Source: the human T2T-CHM13v2.0 reference genome, Homo sapiens. Taken from it: 64,000 bases of DNA. The notes below the pieces were generated by a model. The model ran no database searches, was not told the origin of the DNA, and saw nothing but the letters and a program-made list of their open reading frames with translations. Location of the stretch: the NCBI RefSeq assembly GCF_009914755.1, contig NC_060931.1. One strand, given 5' to 3'. The position numbers were made by a program, and so were the translations under genes. Positions 53,001 to 64,000 of the stretch are shown here, one piece after another. Position 1 is the first letter of the stretch, and every line of letters begins with the position of its first letter.

Positions 53001-55515
53001 GTCCATGAGGGAGAAGGCGCCAGGTGGTGGTGGAGTAGACTGTCACTGATCTGTGCCCCCCTCAGGGCCTACTTGCCTCCACACACCACAACACTCACTT
53101 AGACATCGAATGTTCAGGGGCTTTGTTGCTCATGACCGAAGCTCTTTTATTCCTCTGGATTTAGTGCAGTGAAAAATTACATCTAGAAGCAGCTTCTCTC
53201 CATTCTCTGCTGCACTGATGCCTGCTTGCCACCTTGTCATGTGGAGGAAGCCTGAGTCCTAGGGAGAGTGGAGGCAGAGGAAAGTGAACATCCTTCCATG
53301 CCCTGAGGCCCCTGACCTTTGTATTCAACACTCTGGCCCTGGGACAGAAGACAAGGCACGCTGTGTCAGCAGATGCTCAGGAAAATGGTTCCTGGGTTTG
53401 GGGACTGCCATCTTCCATGGGTCAAATGAGGAACCGACTGATAACAAGAGTAGAGTTGTATGCAACATATTTTCAGTGTGCAGTGTTGGCTGCCAATCCT
53501 TACATTGTTTGACGGTAACTCACCACATATGGCCATTTTGCTAGCATTCACTTAACTATGTTGGTTCTCTATCTATCCAGGTCATCATGAGGGTAAAACC
53601 TTTTGATAAAAGACACAGGATATAACTCGGCATGTGTGTGGGTGTTAAATTATGGTCACAGAAATAGCAGTAGATTTCAGAACTATAGCTTATTGCTGTC
53701 CAGATATCTAAGAATTTGAGTTTCTATTTTAGAAGGCAAAAAACACTCATTCATGTAGTACATAACAGAGATTACCTTCTTCAGGCAGTTACAACTCTCC
53801 AGCCCCAATCTATCTTAGCAGCGTAACCGGCCAATAGTTCTCCAATCCATATTCTTCTCCCCATCCCCATCCATCCTATACTCTGAATTCAACATTCCCA
53901 ATTAGAGGATGCTTTTCACATGAGCAAAGGCCCTTGTGCCTTTTCAGACTTTTTCCTCCTTTTGGAAAGTCTTCTCCTCATTCTCTGCCTGGCCAATTCC
54001 TTTTCAAAAGCTAGATCAGATGCCATGTCCTGCATCATCTTTCTCAACTCTCCCAGGCTCCATGTTTAATTTTTTTTGGCATAGACATATTGAATTGTAA
54101 TTGCATATTTAAATATAAATGTTATCTACTGGACACCTAGGGCCAGGGGCCAGGTCATATTTATCTTTGGATTCCTGGCACCTAGGACAAAGGAGATGCT
54201 CAATACATTGCTGAATGAATGAATGAATGGATGATGAATGAAGTAAATGTGAATAAAGGACTTTTTGGCTAAGACCAGGGTTTTCAAACTGATGCTAGAA
54301 CATCAGCTTCAGTAGAATATGCTTCCTATTTCAGGTTTAAGCATCACACTGGAAAAACAAATGCTTAATTCTGGCAAATGGGAAGATGGAAGCTTCTCAT
54401 ACACCAAATATACTCCTATCTGAATCAATGGATCTTCACTCTGGTGATTTCATGTTGACTGTTGACCTAAAAGCCCCAAATTCAGTGAGACAAGCACCAA
54501 GAATGCCCACCTTAAAGCACACAGCCACAAATCAGCTTATTTTTATAAATTATAGAGTTTGAATTTAGAATCCTTAATCCTTGCAAATCAAAACCTTCCA
54601 ACTGAATTTCCATCTACTCATGGCAATTCTTTTCAAGTCTCAATGAGAAACTTTCTGATCCCTGTGTGAAGAACCCACCATTTCTTGTCTCCGTAAAAAT
54701 GTGCCTGCTGCACTGAACTCTGTTAAACATAACAGACTCTAAGCTCCAGAAAGACAGGACCCCAGCTACCCCATTTAGTCCTGTGCTATTTCAGGCACTC
54801 CCATGCTGACTGAGTGGATGACTGACTACATGAACAAATGCCTCTGCAATAGACACCTCAAGGGAAAGGACCAATTTTCTTCTTTCTGTTCTCAGGGCCC
54901 TGCTGGGAACATCAGCAGAGACCGAATGGGTGAGAGGATGATCAGTTATCAACACTCTGCCATTAACAAAGTATCTCTTTTACAGATGCCAATGTCTCAG
55001 TTTGCCTTGCTCGGTGATTAAGTTAACCATGGGTCTCATGGCACAAAATGTCAAAAGCTGTTCCACAGCTGGAAAAACTGTCCAAAGAGCCAGCAATTTG
55101 CCTTGGTTGTCATCCATCCACTGTGTACTGACAGACCTCTTATGAACACATTCTGGTCAATTCTCCTTTTAGGCTGCAGGTCCCCTTTTCCTACCCAGAA
55201 GTCCCAGAGGTAGACAGGAGGGCACCTCTGGAGTACGGGGAAAGGGGTGTGGGTTGGGGGGTTCAGCAGGTAAAATCGTGGCTTTCCTTCTGCCTTTTGA
55301 TGTTTTGCTTGATGACATGGTATATATGAACACTAGTAACATTGCAAGACAAGTAAATTCCATGTATATGCTAATTAAAGGGCCAGGCTGCTTGAAATTC
55401 TGCTAGTCTTATCCCTCATGGCAGACTGGAAGAGCCCAGGGTAGCTAGAAATACGGGCCAGTGAGTCCCAGGAAGTAGCCTCTATTTGCAGTCTTATCTG
55501 TTTACAGTGGCGTAC

Positions 55516-55577
55516 TCCATCCATCCATCATTCTCCAGCTGTCCATCCATCATCCATCTATCCATCATCATCCATCC
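55516..55577 (+). repeat. Degenerate (CCAT)n repeat
   Basis: Read directly from the sequence. Confidence 0.8.
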
Positions 55578-55744
55578 TATGTTTTATGAGTGTCATGACA
55601 ATATGTGAAAAATAAAGGTTGCAAAACATCATTTACTCGGTTTTACTTTTTTAGTCTCCTTTAAGGAGAGAGGAGTCTGATACAAGGCCAAATATACTAC
55701 CTCACATGTTCAAATGAAATCATCTCCACATCTGTTATATGGGT

Positions 55745-56670
55745 GACTCTCATTTTTTTCTTGGTTAGCCAGGCTAGAAGTTTATCAATTTTATTCATCT
55801 TTTCAAAGTACCAGCTTTTGGTTTTGTTGATTTTCTCTACTGATTTCAGTTTCATTGATTTCTACTCTAAATTTTATATTTCTTTTCTTCTGCTTGCTTT
55901 AAGCTTAAATTGCTCTCCTTCCTTAGTGTCCTGAGGTGGAAGCTTTATTGATTTTCGTTCTTTCTTCTTTTCTAATGTAGTCATTCAATGCTATAAATTT
56001 CCCTCTAAGCACTGCCTTCACTGCATCCCACACATTTTGGTAAGCTGGATTTTCATTTTATTTAGTTTGAAACATTTTGTAATTTCTCTTGGGAATTCTT
56101 CCTGGAACTGTGGGTTATTTACAAGTGTGTTGTTAAATTTCCAAACATTTGGGGGATTTTCCAGCTGTCTTTCTGCTGCTGATTTCTAGTTTAATTCCAT
56201 TGTGATTTGAGAACATACTTTGTCTAACTGCTATTCTTTAAATTTTTTAAGACATGCTTTACGGTCCAAAATGTGGTCTATCTTGGTGAATGTTTCCTTT
56301 GAGCTTGTGAAGGATGTGTATTCTGCCGTTGCTGAGTGGATTAGTCTATTAATGTCAATTAGATCAAGCTGATTTATGGTGCTGTTCAGGTCATCAATAT
56401 TCTTGATCTTCTGCCTGCTTGGTCTACTGATTACTGACCAAGGGAAGTTGAAGTCTCCAATATATTAATAATAATGAATTTGTTTATTTCTCCTTTCTGT
56501 TCTATCAGTTTCATAACTCATGGATTTTGATATCTTCATGTTAAGTTCAGACATGTTAAGGATTATTATGTCTTCTTGGACATCTGACTTTCCACATTCC
56601 ACGGTGATGGTTTGCCTGCAACCTCAGTTCTAGGATAGGTCCAAGAAAACTTGTTGATTTCCGCTTTGTT
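55745..56670 (-). mobile_element. Old L1M ORF2 fragment on the minus strand
   Basis: gctagaagtttatcaattttattcatcttttcaaagtaccagcttttgg ... gctataaatttccctctaagcactgc ... gttgaagtctccaa. Confidence 0.85.
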
Positions 56671-56673
56671 CTG

Positions 56674-57238
<565 letters not shown>

Positions 57239-58741
57239 TAACTGTGGGGACCTCCTCGGCTGAAGCTGAGCAGAGCCCGTGCTCTCCGAGATTGTGGAGA
57301 GAATACCTGACATGTGCAGCATATGGTAATCCCGGCTAGTGTTGAAGAAAGTCTGCTCCACAGGAGGCAAACCATGAAAACTGGAGATTTGCTGCTATAG
57401 CTAAGGATGCTTCTCTAATCTGCTGAGCTATAGAATCTCTGTCTCCCCATAGCATGGAGAAGAGATAAACGGAAACCCCCGTTGGTGCTGTGTAACAGAT
57501 AGGCCACAGATCCTGGCCTCTTGGGCATGCCCTGCCATCAGTATGCTTGCCAATCAAATGCATTACATGACAATGCTGTGATGGGCTCAACAAAGAAGGA
57601 GTTCCCATGGAGCTGAGGTGAGTTACAGAACTTAAGAAGGAAAGATCTTACAATCAGCCTCTTCAGCTGCATCCCCTGCCCTCTGCCTTCCTGAACAGTA
57701 TTTTCATAGTACTTTTGTTTTTCCTTAACTATAGATAGGGCCATCCTGCAAAGAACTGGATTCCCTGTCTTATAACAATAGAAATTACACAGTGGAAACT
57801 ATTTATTTTAACGCTGATTGGTAAATAGATTGTGTATCATTTTGGTGTCCCTCTTAGATACTGACACTGGAAATAAAGATGCAACCTATTGATCTATGTG
57901 ACATTTTTGGTACCAGATTTTCTGGGTGCTCCAGATAATCTGGATACTTTTGTTCATGAATGGTATAGATCACAAGATTCTAAGAGGCATAAACAAAGCA
58001 CTGGCTCCCTGACGGCCTCTCCAAGGGCAAATACTTCCAGCGGGCAAAAGAAATTCTTCTGTCTTTTCAAATAATATTCCCTCCTGTGCCCTCTGTAATG
58101 GAATGATAATGGAATGGTTGGTAAACTAGGAGGGGATGGTGAAAGGTATTGCAGGGCTTAAGTAATACACACTTCTGGGAAAATTTTCTCCTTTAGTCTG
58201 AGTTGGAGATATTTCACAGCCTACTTTCCACAATGCTGAAGGGTATCAGGCCTTTAAAGTTTTCTAAGATTCTTTGAGTCAGCTGCTCTCTGCCTGTCCC
58301 AGGCTTCGCTGAGATCCCGGGGAGGATATTAAGAGCATGATTACAGCAGAAGACAATGAAAGATATTGGGGTGGAAGTTGGAGAAGGGAGAAATAAACAT
58401 AAATGGGGGAGGTTAGGAGAGGCCCAGGGAATGGACGGAGGAGCAGAGCGGGCTCAAGAGAGGACAAAGTGACAATAGTGAGGGCAATTCTTAGGGTTGG
58501 AAGTAGGCAGGAAGTGAGAGAATGGAAAAGATGGTGAGCATCAGAAAAGGGGTCAGAAAGAGAAAGAATAAGGGTAAGAGACGTAAAAGGAATCGGGACA
58601 GGAAACAGGAGAGCTGAATAAGAGATGTGTGTCTGAACACACGCACACACACGAACACTGCTATAAAGGAGGGCTAGGCTGGCTGCAGTTGCCGACCGCA
58701 CTGGGCAAATAGAGCTATTTGCAATAATTTGGAAATCATAC

Positions 58742-58824
58742 CTTGTTTTGTTTAAGGGCACCTTTCTCTTTCATATGAGGGCAGTCCTTTCCCGTCACCA
58801 CGGCTTTGATATCTGCCACCGGCA
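58742..58824 (-). CDS. ELMO1: ELMO1 third-from-last coding exon (83 nt), PH-domain part: (L)[27 protein letters not shown]
   Basis: Manual translation of the minus strand matches the ELMO1 C-terminal region as I know it. Acceptor ...ttgcag and donor gtatga flank it. It ends in phase 0 and joins the next exon in frame. Too short to appear in the ORF track. Confidence 0.96.
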
Positions 58825-59597
58825 CTGCAATTCATAAAAGAAAATGCAAGTAACTACACCATGTGAAAACTTTGATGTCAATAAAGAAACAGGACTAAGC
58901 ACTGGGTCCGCTACTGTGGTTACCATTCCCAGAAACTACTGCAAAAAGAAGAGTGTTGAAAAGAGGAAGAGAAGCCAGGTAGTGTCCCAGGATTAGAAAC
59001 TAAAATATATCTTATATTCTGGGAAAAAGCATCCCTGGAGAGAAAGAGCTTGCTTGTAAGCAGAATTTGGTTCAGTGAAACAAAGACCTAAAAAAACACC
59101 CATCATAGTACTGTTTGAAGTCATGGCATTAGAAGCAGCAGTAGAAATAACAGTGATTGTAATAACAACAGTGATACTCATACTGATATTACAGAGGGCT
59201 CCTGTGTGACAAGAGCAATGCCAAGTGCTTTACATATATCAGTGTCTCTTGTTACAGCATTTGCATCTATTTAGTTTCTGAGTTTTTGGATGAGAGAAAG
59301 CAGCCCTATCTCAAAAAATTTATCCAACTCTAAACAGTTCTGAACTCTCACTCTCCAAAATCTCTTTCTCTGCCATCTCATTAATTCTATAAAGCAGGTT
59401 TTATTATCCCTGTTTTACAGACAACAAAACTAAACTCAATTAAATAAAGGGAGAATTCCTTTCTGATACAGGATTCTGGAAATAATGCAGTTAGACAAAA
59501 TGATGTTATCTCATGTCTTACTCTGGAGTTGGCGGAAGATAAGAAAAGATATGGAAGGGTTTGTGCACTTAAAACTTTTGATAAGATCAGGTGAAAG

Positions 59598-59760
59598 AGG
59601 CTGGGAACAGTGAGTGGCTCATGCCTGTAATTCTAGCACTTTGAGGGGCTGAGGCAGGAGGACTGCTTAAGGCCAGGCCTTTGAAACCAGCCTGGGCAAC
59701 ATAGGGAGACCCTGTCTCTACAAACAATGAAATGAAAATAAAAAATTAAAAACAAAAAGA
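59598..59760 (+). mobile_element. Alu monomer (FLAM-like)
   Basis: ggctcatgcctgtaattctagcactttg ... ccagcctgggcaacatagggagaccctgtctctaca followed by an A-rich tail. Confidence 0.82.
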
Positions 59761-60057
59761 TCAACTGAAAGAAAGAAGGCAATAGGATGGTTTGGAACCT
59801 TAATTTAAAATAATGCAAAGTCATCTGCCCCTCTCCAATCCCTAACCCTCCAGCCCCATATGGGTTTATGAATCAAGGTATGCACGCTGGCTAGTGTGGC
59901 TTTACCAAGAATTTGGGATGTGTGAGAATGCCAAGTAATCAATTCCTTAGACTCTCTTAATGATGAAGATGATGAGAGATTTCACAGTTAAAGCTCACAT
60001 CCTTTCATTGGGAAATTGGGTTGTGAAGGTGACAGATAAGGATAAAATTACAGAATA

Positions 60058-60256
60058 CCTAGAATACTAAAACAATAGACAGGAAGGCCTCAAAAGCTAA
60101 CATTTTCCAGGTACCCTAAAATTACTAAGAACTTGGTCCATATCTGTTGACACTCCTAGAATATTAAAACAATACACAAGAAGGCCTCAAATGCTAACAT
60201 TTTCCAGGTACCCTAAAATTACTAACAACTTTGTCCATATCTGTTGACACTCTTAG
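60058..60256 (+). repeat. 97-bp tandem duplication (2 copies, 6 mismatches)
   Basis: cctagaata...gacact starts at 60058 and at 60155. Confidence 0.92.
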
Positions 60257-60376
60257 GCCTCTCTGTAACCCTAAGAGTGGGGTTGTGATGAGTCTTCCAG
60301 GAATCTCTGTAGGTTCCCCTGCCATATCTCACCACATCTTGCAACCTGATTCTGGACCCTTCTGGTAGACATTACT

Positions 60377-60862
60377 TGTAGTTATGAATAGCTGTCTCTC
60401 CTTCCTTCTGGCCACAGAAAACTACACTTCCCAGCAACCTTTGCAGTCAGGTCATGTGATTAATTTTAGCCAATGAAATGTGAAAGAAAATGCTTCTTTT
60501 CTAGGTGGAGGCCCTCCATTCTGTCTTCCCCTGCTGCAGAAACTGAAGGAGTGACCTGTTCCATCCAGATGTCACAGGAGAGGCCCAGGGAATGGATGGA
60601 TGGGCAGAGGAGGCTCAGGGAGGACAAGGTGACGATAGTCAGAGGGCAATTCCTAGGGTTGGAAATAAACAGAAAGTGAGAGGATGGAAGACATGGTGCA
60701 CACTGGTCTGTGTTCCTGAATGACTATATGGAGCAGCCCTTTGCCAACCTGTGTATGTTGTATAACGTGAGTGAGAAATAACCTTTTGTTATGCAAGCCA
60801 TGGAGATTTTGGGGTTGTTTATCCCTGCAGCACAAGGTAGCATTACAGCCCCTCCTGACTGA
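60377..60862 (+). mobile_element. Old MaLR LTR (MLT1J/I-like) carrying a non-LTR insert at 60576-60698
   Basis: actacacttcccagcaacctttgcagtcaggtcatgtga...tagccaatgaaatgtga ... gtgagaaataaccttttgttatgcaagccatggagattttggggttgtttat. Confidence 0.75.
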
Positions 60863-62614
60863 TCTCAGACCCCTTTTCTGCCTCTTTGCCTGACCCCCTT
60901 GGGGTTGGCATCTTCCTGTGGGTGGTCCCTATGATTCCTGAACCTACCTTTGACCATGAACACTGACTTCAGTTCTCCTCAAATCCCTTTTCATAACCAA
61001 GAACTGGCCTCCTTTCCCTCAGTAGCTGATCTGGCTGCCTAATCCCTACCGTAGGAAGGGACATTTGGATACTCTGGGAAGTTGGCTGACTTTCCAATGG
61101 AAAACCCACCATTGAAGTGAATGTGATATAGTCAACAAACTCATTCTAAAAAACGTTCTCAAGATTCAAATAGAGTTTGAGTCACAAGTGTCTTGTAGAA
61201 AGTTTTTTTGTTATAATATATAGCATGGTCCATGAACTAGAGACAGTGTCCACAAGCTACAATTGGTAAGTTAGCCCTTAGCTTTGAAAACCCATTGTAT
61301 GGAATGGGACAAGAGTAATACCATAGTCTGTCCTGGGGGGTGGTCTTCAGAATCTCTAATAGAAAGGCTTCCAAGGAGAAGCGTCACTTTTTCACTAGGT
61401 TTTGTGGAAGTACATATATATTTTTTTATATGCATTGTCCCTTGTCCTAGAGACCAGCTGCTACATCATTCATAGGATTATGACTAAAAGGAAAACACAA
61501 AGTTCTAAAAATACAGTGTAGCTTTTAAAGGTTGCTTTTTGCATAGTTTGTCTTCTAGATGCACCAGAAGATTAGGCATTAGAAAGGCTCAAATGATGGC
61601 CTCTCTATTCTCATGAGCAGAAACAGAGGGGTCAGACTCATATCTCCAGAATCTACACTCTAAGGAGGCTGCAGGGGGCTCTTGATGACTTCAAAGCCAG
61701 GCTAGCATTTTGATGAGGCCTTTTGTGTGGAAGCAAGATAAAGAAGTGGGCTCCAGATCTGTGAGAATCAGGGTCACCAGTGAAGAACGCACCCTCCCAC
61801 CACATTTACCCCCTGGGGCATGGCCTCATTTCTTTCAATGCTTTTTACAGTTTGAGCTGGGTTGAGACCATCTTAATTCAACACTCCTATTTTACAGATG
61901 GGAAGACTGATCCTAAAGGGAGGAAATCAATTATGCAATGATACACAGCTAGGTTAGTAGGTGAAAAGAGCTGGGTTTAGTGCTTCTTCTTCCACTGCAT
62001 GTTCCCCTGCTAGGCCATGATTTCTCCCTTTGTAAGGGGCCAGCCCCCCAAATCATGATGAGCACAGCCCCAAATGTGGTTATCACTTCGGACATTCAGG
62101 AAACTCTTTGAATGCTAATACCTGTGGAAGGAAGTTTAATTGTGATTTAAAACAAAAATACTACTGAAAAAGCAAATGTGGCCACCCATGATTAAAATAG
62201 TTTCAGCTTTCATCAGTGAGATCCAAGTTCAGGCAGAAACCATTCAAAGGAAGTAGCTAGTAAGCCTTGAGCTCTTGCTGTGTGCACAGCTCCATAGTAG
62301 AAGCTCCTGTGGGCAGAAATATGAGGAGGTACAGGCTCATCCCAGGATAGCTGCATGAAGAACCTGGTCTCTGTGGCCTAGCAGATCAGCCACATGGCAT
62401 GGAATGGTGGGGAAAAGATGCGCCTTTGGAATCAGAGTGCCAGGGTTTGAATTCTACATCCACCAACCGCCTCTACTACTTTGGGCTTAAGTTTTGAGAG
62501 CCTCAACTTCCTTGTCTGCAATTTGTAACTCTAACATTATCTATCCCATATGGTTGCTCTGAGAGTTAAATCCTGATGCTGGAGCTGAGATCATTGTTGG
62601 CTTTTAATCTAGGC

Positions 62615-62850
62615 AGTACACAGTAGTGGGTGAAAATCTAGGCCATGGAGTTAGACAGTTACATTCAGATCTTTCTCTACTATTTACTAATCTTATGACT
62701 TTGAATAAGTTACTTAATCTTTCTGTATCTCAGTTTCCTTTCTGTAAAATAAGGACAATATTATCTACCTCTTTAGGTTGTTGAGAATAATTTATGTAAA
62801 GCCCTTAGCACAGGGCCTAGCATATAGTAAGCACTCAATAAATGCCATTT
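62615..62850. mobile_element. MIR SINE (further MIR pieces near 61880 and 62400)
   Basis: aagttacttaatctttctgtatctcagtttcctttctgtaaaat ... aaagcccttagcacagggcctagcatatagtaagcactcaataaatg. Confidence 0.8.
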
Positions 62851-64000
62851 GCAATTATTCCCATTATCAATAATCAGAGTTAATTCTGTAGATGGAGAGA
62901 CCTGAATTATTCGCTGTGCTTTGGTGACCCAAATTGCCCACAGTGCCTCCCTGTGTCGCCGCTCTCCGCATCCACTGGAGCAGGCTTCATCTCCACATGG
63001 GCAGGGTGAGCCAGAACTTTCCTCCCTGCCCCCTCTGATGTGGGAGTGAGGAATGCTGGCCTAGATTCTTTCAAAGGGAGGCAGTGAGGAACCCAGGGCA
63101 TGGCTGGAAAGCAGTGGGGTCCTGTGTTTATTGGGGGCTATGACAACCTGTAAGTCAGCTTGGGAGGGATATGGGGAGAGGGGGGATGTAAGAAGATGTC
63201 GATTTTCAAAGGCCAAATTTCCTGACAAAGAAAAGGAATACAAAAAGAAAGATTTCCTAAAGCTTTGGAGAAGACAGCCAAGGAGGCACCCTCAATCCTC
63301 ATGTGCACTATCTGTATTAAGAAAACTCCATTATACTATTTGATTTATCAATAGCTCAGTATTCAGCACGGATTAACTCAAGGGGCACAAGACACTCTCT
63401 GCCTTGGTCTCAAGAGAGGGCAATGTTATGTGGCAAGAGCAATGACACTGAACATTAATTAAAAGCACGTCTCATTTTTCCAGTGGAATGAGGTTTCTGA
63501 CTTTTAAGAGTTCCAAAAGGTGGCTATTTTGCTCCAGGCAGAATGCAGAATTGGAATTAAATGCAAACCAAGGTGGCAGGCCTGCAGCAAGAAACTTCAG
63601 CTTATTAGGCCGGGCTTTTTTTTTTGTCTCAGGCACAGTATTGCTTCATTTCAATTCATTACATGAGTATACCCATTTCTCTAGCACATATGTGCAGAAG
63701 GATACAGTCTTACTAGTACACACACACTCTCTTTCTCTCTCTCTCACACACACACTCTCCCACAAGGTGTGGATAAATACTTGTGCAGATAAATAGATCC
63801 ACACAAGTATGCATTGTTAGTTCATCTTGCAATGGATATACTGTTTTTGGAGCAGCTCTTTGGAACTTCATTTCAGAGGAAAGCAGTTGCTAAGAGTTTT
63901 GGAGGCATGGTCAGGAGGGGCTGTCACAATCCCTTCAAGAACCAGCCTTGCTCAGTGGCCACTGCGAAAAGCTGTGTGGAGATTTGCAGCTCTGGCCTTG

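Noticed and set aside
58279-58761. 160-aa minus-strand ORF overlapping the ELMO1 exon, suggesting an intron-retention isoform
   Set aside because: It is not in the ELMO1 reading frame and has a non-ATG start. Its openness is explained by pyrimidine-rich composition.

Overview
This is primate (human-like) genomic DNA, rich in Alu, L1, LTR and DNA-transposon repeats. It holds the last three coding exons of ELMO1 on the minus strand (58742-58824, 50006-50083, 43898-44098) and a 3'UTR with proximal and distal AATAAA signals. The ~41 kb downstream of the gene is repeat-rich intergenic DNA. It includes a full-length processed NPM1 pseudogene (7181-8337) copied from the short B23.2-type isoform and inserted into an old L1. 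Nearly all other ORFs in the track are repeat-derived or spurious. I see no convincing new multi-gene system. The best leads are: (1) an unclassified ~225-bp GC-rich insert at 34074-34300 with a hairpin/H-box/hairpin/ACA-like layout, a candidate structured-RNA retrocopy; (2) two independently inserted L1PA copies that share private mutations, suggesting ectopic gene conversion; (3) a 122-bp segment copied into an LTR so that direct repeats flank an ELMO1 exon; (4) a perfect 35-bp-arm AT-rich palindrome. Repeat subfamily names come from my memory of consensus sequences, not a search, and repeat boundaries are approximate unless a TSD is given.
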